The notes below the pieces were generated by a model. It was given only the letters and a program-made list of their open reading frames with translations. It had not been told where the DNA came from and did no database searches. This document shows positions 9,617 to 19,942 of a stretch of 64,000 nt of DNA, in pieces. Numbering within the stretch: position 1 is the first letter of the stretch; each line of letters opens with the position of its first letter. The position numbers were made by a program, and so were the translations under genes. The DNA is from Syntrophorhabdaceae bacterium (lineage in GTDB: Bacteria; Desulfobacterota; Syntrophorhabdia; Syntrophorhabdales; Syntrophorhabdaceae). The stretch is from positions 1,152,001 to 1,216,000 of the forward strand of contig OY762209.1 of assembly GCA_963665295.1 (NCBI GenBank), read 5' to 3'.

Positions 9617-12600
9617 ACGCCCCTGTGCGAGGGGCGATGCCATGGCGGAGAAATACGCGGATATGGACGAAGTTTCAATCCACACCCCCGTGCGAGGGGC
9701 GATTCTGGACCCTCACGGGTACGTTTCCTAACTGGACGTTTCAATCCACGCCCCCGTGCGAGGGGCGATGCTTACTGCGGGAATCATCCCCACAAGCTCT
9801 CTGGTTTCAATCCACACCCCCGTGCGAGGGGCGATACCGACACGACGCCGATACACCGAAGGATTTCATGTTTCAATCCACGCCCCTGTGCGAGGGGCGA
9901 TGCATGGGCCTGGATTTTCTGATCGTGCTCTGGGAGTTTCAATCCACGCCCCCGTGCGAGGGGCGATAAATAAGAATTGATTAGGAGGGCTACATCATAT
10001 GTTTCAATCCACGCCCCCGTGCGAGGGGCGATTTTGAGAGATGGTTTAGGAACCAGAGATAAGGAGGTTTCAATCCACGCCCCCGTGCGAGGGGCGATAC
10101 AGGTACAGGGTCAGGAGAAGATGGAGCGCTAAAGTTTCAATCCACGCCCCCGTGCGAGGGGCGATGCAGGATCAAGCGGGCATGACTCCCGGAGAATATG
10201 TTTCAATCCACGCCCCCGTGCGAGGGGCGATGGACCGCCGGAGCCGGGTTGAATCTTCTTTGAGAGTTTCAATCCACGCCCCCGTGCGAGGGGCGATAGA
10301 GCTTTTCGTACCCGCCGGCGTAGGTGGGAAGGTTTCAATCCACGCCCCCGTGCGAGGGGCGATAATCCGTGGATGCCGGGAAAAAGGGGAGGAAAAAGTT
10401 TCAATCCACGCCCCCGTGCGAGGGGCGATAGTAAACGGGCTACAAAGCCTACCAGCACTATAAGTTTCAATCCACGCCCCCGTGCGAGGGGCGATAACTC
10501 TCGCCCGAGAACTCGCGGCTGAAAAAGAAGTTTCAATCCACGCCCCCGTGCGAGGGGCGATGGCCTGCGGCCTCATGTCATATGCCAACGATATGTTTCA
10601 ATCCACGCCCCCGTGCGAGGGGCGATCACGGCCCGGCAGATTTATAACATCCTCAAGAAGGTTTCAATCCACGCCCCCGTGCGAGGGGCGATACTGAAGC
10701 CCTGCGGGCGCTCATTCAGGCTACGGCGTTTCAATCCACGCCCCCGTGCGAGGGGCGATGTCGGCATGCGGCAACAACTCTCACCCAGATTCGTTTCAAT
10801 CCACGCCCCCGTGCGAGGGGCGATAAGCGGTAGCACACATCATCAACAAGTCTTTTGAAGTTTCAATCCACGCCCCCGTGCGAGGGGCGATCTCGGGGTT
10901 ATCACTCCGTATCTTCCATTCTCCCGTTTCAATCCACGCCCCCGTGCGAGGGGCGATGAGGCGCAGAAAAAGGAAGAAAAAGCGGCAGAGGAGTTTCAAT
11001 CCACGCCCCCGTGCGAGGGGCGATGTTCATCGACGGAAGAGCACCCCGTATCATGGGAAGTTTCAATCCACGCCCCCGTGCGAGGGGCGATGGGATGCCT
11101 CACCCGTCCCCCCATGGTAGTGAAAGTTTCAATCCACGCCCCCGTGCGAGGGGCGATGCAGCCATGCGTACTCTGGCGCAGCTTACCAAAGTGTTTCAAT
11201 CCACGCCCCCGTGCGAGGGGCGATTCGCGGATCGCCAATACATTAGGGCCGGTCATGGGTTTCAATCCACGCCCCCGTGCGAGGGGCGATGGAGTGGTTT
11301 ACCCGGGCTACTCAATGGGCTCATGGTTTCAATCCACGCCCCCGTGCGAGGGGCGATCCAGGGCCGGAAAAGGGCCGCACCAGCACCGGTTGTTTCAATC
11401 CACGCCCCCGTGCGAGGGGCGATAGCGACGGAAACGACCAAGGCCACCGCAATAGCGGTTTCAATCCACGCCCCCGTGCGAGGGGCGATACCGTTCCCGT
11501 GCCGGAAAACTGTAGTGTTTCCGGTTTCAATCCACGCCCCCGTGCGAGGGGCGATACCGTCTCCGTCAACAGCACGTCCGGAGTGACCAGTTTCAATCCA
11601 CGCCCCCGTGCGAGGGGCGATCCCGACCTCGAACAACCCGTCCTCGTCCCCCGGGTGTTTCAATCCACGCCCCCGTGCGAGGGGCGATTGTGGCGAAGAC
11701 CTTTTTCGTCGGTGATCGCCCGTTTCAATCCACGCCCCCGTGCGAGGGGCGATGGGGTATCGCTGTAATGGCGTCGGACAGTGGTACGTTTCAATCCACG
11801 CCCCCGTGCGAGGGGCGATTATTCTCGGGAGCATGGGATTCCATGTACAGCAAGTTTCAATCCACGCCCCCGTGCGAGGGGCGATGGGCCGTCATACGGG
11901 CCTTTCACAATCTACGGATGTTTCAATCCACGCCCCCGTGCGAGGGGCGATGGGCCGTCATACGGGCCTTTCACAATCTACGGATGTTTCAATCCACGCC
12001 CCCGTGCGAGGGGCGATACTTGTCAAGGTTAAAGGATATTTGCGTCATGTGTTTCAATCCACGCCCCCGTGCGAGGGGCGATGTGTGCCCCGATAGGCAT
12101 ACAACACGGTCCCCATGTTTCAATCCACGCCCCCGTGCGAGGGGCGATGATGAGTACCTTGCACAGTGGATTGCCGAGCATGGTTTCAATCCACGCCCCC
12201 GTGCGAGGGGCGATCCGGATAGGGCCCCACGCGGTGAGGACATAATATGTTTCAATCCACGCCCCCGTGCGAGGGGCGATGGGGACGATGTAGGTCTCAG
12301 CAAGGCCATACCGGGTTTCAATCCACGCCCCCGTGCGAGGGGCGATTCCGGGTACGATGTTACGACCCTTTCCGCTCATGACGTTTCAATCCACGCCCCC
12401 GTGCGAGGGGCGATGATAATCAAGGACGCAATCAAGGAAAGGAGGAAAGAGTTTCAATCCACGCCCCCGTGCGAGGGGCGATGCCGGATCGTCGATACCT
12501 CCGTCCAGCGCACGAAGTTTCAATCCACGCCCCCGTGCGAGGGGCGATTTCGTCTCGCCTTTTATGCGGACCTGATCAAGCGGTTTCAATCCACGCCCCC

Positions 12601-15600
12601 GTGCGAGGGGCGATCGGGCTTATATTTCTTAACGTCGGGATCGGTCCAGTTTCAATCCACGCCCCCGTGCGAGGGGCGATGCCGGTATACTGCATGATAG
12701 TTACCCGACCATGGTTTCAATCCACGCCCCCGTGCGAGGGGCGATGCGCCGCATCGTAGACAAGGGCCTGAAATAACAGTTTCAATCCACGCCCCCGTGC
12801 GAGGGGCGATGCTCTGCGCGCGGAGATTCAACGTCTTGATGAAGTTTCAATCCACGCCCCCGTGCGAGGGGCGATTACCTGGAATGCAGGCACACGTGGA
12901 CCAAAAAGGGTTTCAATCCACGCCCCCGTGCGAGGGGCGATTCCGCCTCCTTCTTTCATTACCTCGCAGCAGTATCGTTTCAATCCACGCCCCCGTGCGA
13001 GGGGCGATTCTCCCGTGACTATCTCGGACCCGTCCACCCGGTGTTTCAATCCACGCCCCCGTGCGAGGGGCGATGATCCGCTGGTTGAGCATCGCGACCT
13101 TGCGCTTGGTGTTTCAATCCACGCCCCCGTGCGAGGGGCGATCGGACACCGGTCGGACAGGGGTGCGGCATCGAAGTTTCAATCCACGCCCCCGTGCGAG
13201 GGGCGATTGTCCGCGGTGAGTCTGGTCAAGCCGACTTCATAGGTTTCAATCCACGCCCCCGTGCGAGGGGCGATAGCACCAACCCGGTAGCAAAGCATAC
13301 GTCTGCTGTTTCAATCCACGCCCCCGTGCGAGGGGCGATATACGGATCTCGTCACTATTCTTTTCCGACAGATGTTTCAATCCACGCCCCCGTGCGAGGG
13401 GCGATTCGTAGCTGATATAGACGCTGTTCGTCCCCACGTGTTTCAATCCACGCCCCCGTGCGAGGGGCGATTCGGTTGAGGGCGGCGGTCTCCGTCCTAT
13501 CGCAATGTTTCAATCCACGCCCCCGTGCGAGGGGCGATTCGGTTGCCGCTTTCTTCCCACCTTATTCCGGTTAGTTTCAATCCACGCCCCCGTGCGAGGG
13601 GCGATCTCGATGATCAGGCCGGTTACATACTCGCAAAAGGTTTCAATCCACGCCCCCGTGCGAGGGGCGATGGCTTACCGGACACAACCGGCCTCAATCT
13701 GAAGGTTTCAATCCACGCCCCCGTGCGAGGGGCGATACATTCCTGTAAGCTGCTTTTCGCCTGACTTCACGTTTCAATCCACGCCCCCGTGCGAGGGGCG
13801 ATCTGACTTGTCATTTTTCTTCCCGATCATCAAGAAGTTTCAATCCACGCCCCCGTGCGAGGGGCGATCTCAAACTTGGAGACCATTTCCGGCCACCTTT
13901 TGGTTTCAATCCACGCCCCCGTGCGAGGGGCGATGCTCCCGATGCAATCGACCATAGCAGGGGTCAAGTTTCAATCCACGCCCCCGTGCGAGGGGCGATC
14001 CGGCGAAGGGGTCTAAGATGGTGTGGCCTGAATGTTTCAATCCACGCCCCCGTGCGAGGGGCGATAATACTGTTCTCTCCGTCAAAACGGGGTGAATGTG
14101 TTTCAATCCACGCCCCCGTGCGAGGGGCGATCCGATGCCAGTCCAGTAGCCAAAGGAGCCATTATGTTTCAATCCACGCCCCCGTGCGAGGGGCGATCCG
14201 CTGCTTCTATTTTTGCGTTCCATTCTTTTTTGTTTCAATCCACGCCCCCGTGCGAGGGGCGATCGTCGCAGTAATCAAAAATGTCGTTGTCGAAAAAGTT
14301 TCAATCCACGCCCCCGTGCGAGGGGCGATTTGCCTCCTTTGCTGCCTATTTTTATTGCCTGTTGTTTCAATCCACGCCCCCGTGCGAGGGGCGATGCTGC
14401 ACCCATGGCTGCCGTAGCTGCCGCATAGGTTTCAATCCACGCCCCCGTGCGAGGGGCGATATTTCCCGCAGCACTGGTCTACAACGCGCAGGCCGTTTCA
14501 ATCCACGCCCCCGTGCGAGGGGCGATTACATCCTGTACTTCCCCTAACCATTCCCCATCAGTTTCAATCCACGCCCCCGTGCGAGGGGCGATCCTGTGCT
14601 CGCGACATAATAAGCGGCATAGAGACGTTTCAATCCACGCCCCCGTGCGAGGGGCGATCCCGTGGTGGTTATGACTGCGCCCATGATCGACGGTTTCAAT
14701 CCACGCCCCCGTGCGAGGGGCGATCTCTTCCGTGCTCACGTCCCCCACCACGTCCATAAGTTTCAATCCACGCCCCCGTGCGAGGGGCGATCATCACCAC
14801 GGCTATCCAAATGATTCAGGCCATGGTTTCAATCCACGCCCCCGTGCGAGGGGCGATCAGCCTCAAATGTTCATGACCGGCCGGACAGAGGTTTCAATCC
14901 ACGCCCCCGTGCGAGGGGCGATGCAGAGCCATCCATAATAGTTGCTAAGGTTATACCGTTTCAATCCACGCCCCCGTGCGAGGGGCGATGGCGCTATTGG
15001 CTGGCGAGATGGCTACTCAAGGGTTTCAATCCACGCCCCCGTGCGAGGGGCGATCGGGCACGATGTTACGACCCTTTCCCCTCATGACGTTTCAATCCAC
15101 GCCCCCGTGCGAGGGGCGATAAGACTCAAGACTCCTTCCGTTCGGGGCAAAAGGTTTCAATCCACGCCCCCGTGCGAGGGGCGATAATTGCTGGCCTGAG
15201 TTTCGCCCACATCACCAATGTTTCAATCCACGCCCCCGTGCGAGGGGCGATTTAAAGGATTGTCGATGACTGGTTCAAGAGATAGTTTCAATCCACGCCC
15301 CCGTGCGAGGGGCGATGTGACCAACCCGGTAGCAAAGCATACATCCGCTGTTTCAATCCACGCCCCCGTGCGAGGGGCGATCCGAATGAAGTGATACCGT
15401 TTTCCCTCCTCCTATTGTTTCAATCCACGCCCCCGTGCGAGGGGCGATTGCGATATCCGCCGCAATAAGGTCAATCCCCGGGGGTTTCAATCCACGCCCC
15501 CGTGCGAGGGGCGATTGACCGTTACCTTCTGCGACACACCATCGTCGTTGTTTCAATCCACGCCCCCGTGCGAGGGGCGATGCAGATAAACCCTTTTGCC

Positions 15601-15845
15601 TTCCTCTTCTTCAGGTCGTTTCAATCCACGCCCCCGTGCGAGGGGCGATGTGTGCCTTTCATTATTCCTCCTTCTCTTTGTTGTTTCAATCCACGCCCCC
15701 GTGCGAGGGGCGATGAGAGGAGGTAAGCCATGAACGAGCGAGAGAAGGTTTCAATCCACGCCCCCGTGCGAGGGGCGATGTAAGGAGGGGCGTAGTACAT
15801 TCATGCCCATCAAGTTTCAATCCACGCCCCCGTGCGAGGGGCGAT
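9617..15845 (-). CRISPR. type I-C CRISPR array: 94 full 32-bp repeats plus one degenerate terminal repeat, about 94 spacers of 33-36 bp
   Basis: Repeat GTTTCAATCCACGCCCCCGTGCGAGGGGCGAT on +, i.e. ATCGCCCCTCGCACGGGGGCGTGGATTGAAAC on -. First full copy at 9672, last at 15814-15845. Variant and degenerate repeats cluster at the low-coordinate end, so that end is the trailer. Counts are manual. Confidence 0.98.
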
Positions 15846-16028
15846 AGCTACATGTCTAACTTGTCAAAATAAAACCTAAAATACCGTCAATTTCGCGAAC
15901 CTGTCCAATTCGGTTCATCTCCACATATTCAATTGTCAAAGAGCGACAGAAAAACACATGTAATAGTAAACGCTTGACTCATCCGTGAGCCTCCCGGGAT
16001 TTGTGGGAGCTTCGGGTTCGCGGATGCC
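15846..16028 (-). promoter_or_regulatory. CRISPR leader
   Basis: AT-richer non-coding stretch between the cas2 stop and the first repeat. Confidence 0.8.
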
Positions 16029-16319
16029 TCATATGATCAGGGGTCCTTCCTGATCGATCCCTTCTTTTGCCCCGATATGCTCAACCCGCCGCTTCCAGTT
16101 CGATCCCAGGTAATAGAGGCGGAGACTGTCCTTCTCCAGGTCGATCTCGTCTATCAGGCGTTGCTTCAAAGCGGCCCACTGCGCTGGATCGATAATGCAC
16201 TCAAAGACGGAGTACTGCACTCTTTGGCCGTAGTCCTGACACGCCTTCGCCACACGATGCAAGCGCCGCTGCCCGCCTGTATTCGATGTAGCAACGTCAT
16301 AGCATACCAGCACCATCAT
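16029..16319 (-). CDS. cas2: CRISPR-associated endonuclease Cas2
   Basis: VLVCYDV, GQRVQYSVFEC and DSLRLY motifs; 96 aa from the ATG at 16319. Confidence 0.96.
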   Translation of the reverse strand: MMVLVCYDVATSNTGGQRRLHRVAKACQDYGQRVQYSVFECIIDPAQWAALKQRLIDEIDLEKDSLRLYYLGSNWKRRVEHIGAKEGIDQEGPLII

Positions 16320-16329
16320 GCCTTTTCTC

Positions 16330-17361
16330 CTATTTCCATATGAAGGGCGGGTACCCATCGAGGTCTCGCCGAAGATACCGGGCCATGAGGAGGGCCTGTA
16401 CGTGAAACAAAAGTCCGATCATGACTTTTTCACCAAGAAAAGGGTGCGTGATCTCTTCCTGCTTGCGCTCCTGATAGGCCACAAGAACGGTCTTACGTGC
16501 GTCGTCAGTCATCATAACCGCGCCCGATTCCATTTTCTTGAATCCCTTGCCCTGCACCTGTTGGAGATTGATAAGCGACACCACAAGGCGGTCGGCGATA
16601 AACGGCCTGAATTCCTCCATAAGATCAAGGGCGAGCCCCGGTCGCCCCGGTCTGTCCCGGTGCAGGAAGCCGACGGCAGGGTCAAGGCCGACGGTTTCCA
16701 GCGCTGACCGCACATCGTGCATCACAAGCGTGTAGACAAAAGAAAGAAGGCAGTTGACATTATCGAGGGGTGGCCTTCTGTTGCGTTCATCGAACTGAAA
16801 AATCTCTTTTTGCGCAATAATAAGATGATCAAAGACATTGAAATAGATGTGCGCCGAATCTCCTTCAACCCCTCGAAGCCCGTCGAGAGGATAATCCCGG
16901 TCCACAAGTTCGATCTGATGGGTCAATCGCAGGACCGCACGACGCATGGCCTGTTCGTCTATCTTCTCCCCGTGGTCCCGGATGGCCCTTTGCAGTACGG
17001 CCCGGGAGTTGGCGATCTTTCCCATAAGGATGCACTTGGCAATCCGGGCTGAGGCATCGAGGTCGTCGGCCAGACGGTACTGCTCCCTCCGCAACAACAC
17101 ATTTCCCGATACCGGACCCTGCACTCTTGCCAGAAACCGTCCATGCTCGGTCAAGAAACTTATTCCCACCTGATTTTCCGCACAGAACCCCATGAGATAG
17201 GGGCTGCACCCGACATTGCCGAAACAGACAACGCCGCCGATGGTATGAACAGGGACACGAAGGCGCACCGCGCCGTCGATCTTGACGACGATCGTCTCAC
17301 CCTCCTTCGAAAGATACGCCCCTTGCGTCGTTACATAGAGGGTATTGAGATGTTTCTTCAT
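16330..17361 (-). CDS. cas1: type I-C CRISPR-associated endonuclease Cas1
   Basis: MKKHLNTLYVT, SGNVLLRREQY, LRGVEG, RRPPLD, GLDPAVGFLH, LALDLMEEFR and YPPFIWK; 343 aa. Confidence 0.97.
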   Translation of the reverse strand: MKKHLNTLYVTTQGAYLSKEGETIVVKIDGAVRLRVPVHTIGGVVCFGNVGCSPYLMGFCAENQVGISFLTEHGRFLARVQGPVSGNVLLRREQYRLADDLDASARIAKCILMGKIANSRAVLQRAIRDHGEKIDEQAMRRAVLRLTHQIELVDRDYPLDGLRGVEGDSAHIYFNVFDHLIIAQKEIFQFDERNRRPPLDNVNCLLSFVYTLVMHDVRSALETVGLDPAVGFLHRDRPGRPGLALDLMEEFRPFIADRLVVSLINLQQVQGKGFKKMESGAVMMTDDARKTVLVAYQERKQEEITHPFLGEKVMIGLLFHVQALLMARYLRRDLDGYPPFIWK

Positions 17362-17999
17362 TGCTTGCCCGCCTCGATCATTCTTTTGAGATAACGTTCT
17401 ACCGACAATTTCTTCTCCATCTTCCTCGGCAAGCACGCCCCAATGAGGGAACAGCTTTCACATCGCTTCGCGTAGACCGGCGGCGGCGTCACGCCTCCAG
17501 AGATCAGTTTCCGGGCCTTTTCCGCAGTCTCTTCCGTCTCCCGCCGCAATGTATTGTCAAACGCTATATCCTGCCGACGCCTGGTTTTTCCGTAAAAAAG
17601 GGCTCCTTCGGGCACGGCGACGGAGAGCATCTCTTCGAGGCACAACCCTTGGGCACACAATTGGACCGCGTCGCAATGATCGGGCTTCGGTTTGCCTCGC
17701 TTGTACTCCACGGGAAAAGGCTTCCAAGAGCCTTTCTTTTCATGAAGAAACTCCACCACATCGGCCACGCCTACAAGGCCAAGCCTCAAGGACCGCAGGG
17801 GCAGGCCGCGGGCGATGCGGACCTTTCCCCGTGACTCATCCCCGGTCTCGTGTACCTTCTCGTGCATGATGCGGCCCTCTGCGGTAAGACCGCTCTCTGC
17901 CCAGATCTGCTCAATATGGATCAGAGCACACTGGCGTGGGCAGAACGCATAGTGCTGCAAAGCCGAGATCATGATGAGATCATCTTCGGAATAGGTCAT
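17358..17999 (-). CDS. cas4: CRISPR-associated exonuclease Cas4
   Basis: ISALQHYAFCPRQ, ADVVEF, PVEYKRG, QLCAQ and C-terminal CxxC...C cluster ligands; ATGA overlaps with both neighbours. Confidence 0.95.
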   Translation of the reverse strand: MTYSEDDLIMISALQHYAFCPRQCALIHIEQIWAESGLTAEGRIMHEKVHETGDESRGKVRIARGLPLRSLRLGLVGVADVVEFLHEKKGSWKPFPVEYKRGKPKPDHCDAVQLCAQGLCLEEMLSVAVPEGALFYGKTRRRQDIAFDNTLRRETEETAEKARKLISGGVTPPPVYAKRCESCSLIGACLPRKMEKKLSVERYLKRMIEAGKQ

Positions 18000-18574
18000 G
18001 TCTTCTTCCACTGCCTCCGGGCTCTTGAGCGCACGCGATAGAGCCGCTCAGTAAAACCGCCTTCCTCGATAAACCCTCTTTCCAGGGCACGCAGTTGGTG
18101 GTCAAGAAGGTAGTTGGCCTGATGGATCAGGCAGATTGCCGCATTGGCCGCGACAACGGCCGAATCTTCAAAATATGTCTTATAGGTCGAATAGGCCTTA
18201 TCGGACTTATACGCCAAAGCCCTAACCTCTTTAGCTTTGGTATGATCTCTGCCCCAAAGGGGCAAGTGTTTTTGCCGCAAGAAGTCTTGAAAATCGAGCA
18301 AAAGCTCCTCCAAGCTCGCCCGCGCCACACCCACGAGCTTCAGTTCAGTCTTTTTCGAAGTGCCCGACGCCATGCTGCCTTCGGCAATGTTCTGTTTACC
18401 GCTTCTCGCCGCCTGCACCATTTGGTCGAAGGTACGGGAGCGGCGGTCGATAAACCGTTCGCAAAAGACTACCGTGGCGTCGTAGACAATCTCTGTCATC
18501 CGGTAGGACATAAGATTACGGTAACCACCGTGGGGCGGGATGAGGGTGGGGTCGTCGTCCATATAGTGAGACAT
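17996..18574 (-). CDS. four helix bundle protein with suffix domain (23S rRNA IVS/Avd-like superfamily)
   Basis: GGYRNL, DQMVQAARSGKQNIAEG, ARASLEELLLD and EGGFTERLY match my recollection of this family. Confidence 0.85.
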   Translation of the reverse strand: MSHYMDDDPTLIPPHGGYRNLMSYRMTEIVYDATVVFCERFIDRRSRTFDQMVQAARSGKQNIAEGSMASGTSKKTELKLVGVARASLEELLLDFQDFLRQKHLPLWGRDHTKAKEVRALAYKSDKAYSTYKTYFEDSAVVAANAAICLIHQANYLLDHQLRALERGFIEEGGFTERLYRVRSRARRQWKKT

Positions 18575-18588
18575 AGCTGTTGTCTAGT

Positions 18589-19494
18589 CTACTTGTTATT
18601 AAGAGTTCGATTCCATACCAGTTTTTCCGTATTGACCCCATCTTCATCGAGTGTGACGCTATAGTGTTCCATTGATGTGGGAGAAGTTATTCCTTCCTTA
18701 ACGGCAACCTTTAGTCTCTCAAAGGTCCGGTATGCAGGTTCACAAATCTCATTCTGTTTGGGAGAGATGAAGACTAGGTTTTCCAGTATGATCGAACCCA
18801 GTGGTCGTGCGGAGGATTCATCGTTTTCAAACAGAGTTGTCATGGCTTCCTTCAAGACCTCAAGATCTGTGTCTGTAAAACCCGTGCCCCTTGGCGGTTC
18901 TTTTGCGAGAAAGGGGTTTACAGAGCCGACCACCTTATATACGGCATGCTCGACATAATTCTTGGTCCCCATGGTCGATACCTTACCCTTCTTCTTTTCT
19001 TCCTCGTTAGCGACACAGCACCGGGTTATTTGACTAACTGTTGGATCGATCTGTGCAATGCTTCTAGCCCATTGTATGGTAACAGGTCCACGTATTCCTT
19101 GATTGCCATCCCCGGCATCCTCGGTCTCGGTGTCATTTTGCCCCCTCTTACTCTTGCCTCGGTCCTTCCTCCTCGTCAAGACAGCCCCAAAGGCTCTTAT
19201 GTCCCAATATGCCTCGCACATGTGTTTTCTGTCATACTTGTGCGCCTCTGCTTTGGTCGCAAGGGGACGATCATCTTCTTCTGTGGGTCGGATAAAGATA
19301 TCAAATCCCTCCTCCCCATCTTTGAGTTGTGCCACCCTGTTTCTGATCTTGCGCTTGATACAAACGTCCGAGATAAGGCCGTACCCTTCCAAGTCTTGGC
19401 GAGGACTGTTGGCCACAAGCGGGTCCCCGTTCGGATTGGCCTTGGTTGCCGAAATAACAGCGATGAAATCAGTACGATTCTTGATGGTATCCAT
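18589..19494 (-). CDS. cas7: type I-C Cas7 (Csd2)
   Basis: ANPNGDP, SDVCIKRKIRN, DIRAFG, IRGPV, TMGTK, TGFT and SSARP. Confidence 0.92.
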   Translation of the reverse strand: MDTIKNRTDFIAVISATKANPNGDPLVANSPRQDLEGYGLISDVCIKRKIRNRVAQLKDGEEGFDIFIRPTEEDDRPLATKAEAHKYDRKHMCEAYWDIRAFGAVLTRRKDRGKSKRGQNDTETEDAGDGNQGIRGPVTIQWARSIAQIDPTVSQITRCCVANEEEKKKGKVSTMGTKNYVEHAVYKVVGSVNPFLAKEPPRGTGFTDTDLEVLKEAMTTLFENDESSARPLGSIILENLVFISPKQNEICEPAYRTFERLKVAVKEGITSPTSMEHYSVTLDEDGVNTEKLVWNRTLNNK

Positions 19495-19519
19495 ATTATG
19501 TCCTCCTCTTGAGTTTTAT

Positions 19520-19942
19520 CTATTCTTTGTTATCTGCTTGTCCGGCTGTTGCTTCTGTTATTATTTCATTTTGCGGATTGGCTCCGGCTACACTTTTGAT
19601 GCCTTTTGTCTTGAGAATTGTCAATTGATGGTGATAGCCGACTATGACCCTTCCCGGTTCGAAGGCTAGGGTTCCTAGGCCCTCAGAAGTGAAAGGATCA
19701 TATATCTCTCCGAGCAAATTGTCGAAGTACTTCTTTTCCCCAGCGGTCATGCGTTTCAGGTATGGCATCGAAGCTAGTTCGATCCGTCCTATGAGTTGGG
19801 GTCTGTTCATTACACTTTGCATTAGAGAACTCGCCTTGTTATTGGGGTTCCCTCTTCCCCGATCAGTTTGGATCCAGTAGTGGACGGCAATTATTCTACC
19901 TGCCCGGTACGAACGGTCAGTACAGTCTTTATCCAGTGACAT
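19520..19942 (-). CDS. cas11: Cas11c small subunit, translated in-frame from inside cas8c
   Basis: AAGGAGG Shine-Dalgarno (19951-19957) 8 nt upstream of an in-frame ATG starting MSLDKD; 140 aa; matches the known I-C arrangement. Confidence 0.8.
   Translation of the reverse strand: MSLDKDCTDRSYRAGRIIAVHYWIQTDRGRGNPNNKASSLMQSVMNRPQLIGRIELASMPYLKRMTAGEKKYFDNLLGEIYDPFTSEGLGTLAFEPGRVIVGYHHQLTILKTKGIKSVAGANPQNEIITEATAGQADNKE

Noticed and set aside
9625..15726. Dozens of ORFs across the array ([20 protein letters not shown] and similar), up to 340 aa
   Set aside because: They are translations of the stop-free 32-bp CRISPR repeat, not genes.
9639..15813. Self-targeting spacers
   Set aside because: I noticed no match to the rest of the window, but an exhaustive alignment could not be run, so nothing is claimed.
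17996..18574. Diversity-generating retroelement suggested by the Avd-like gene
   Set aside because: No reverse transcriptase and no template/variable repeat pair are seen in the window.
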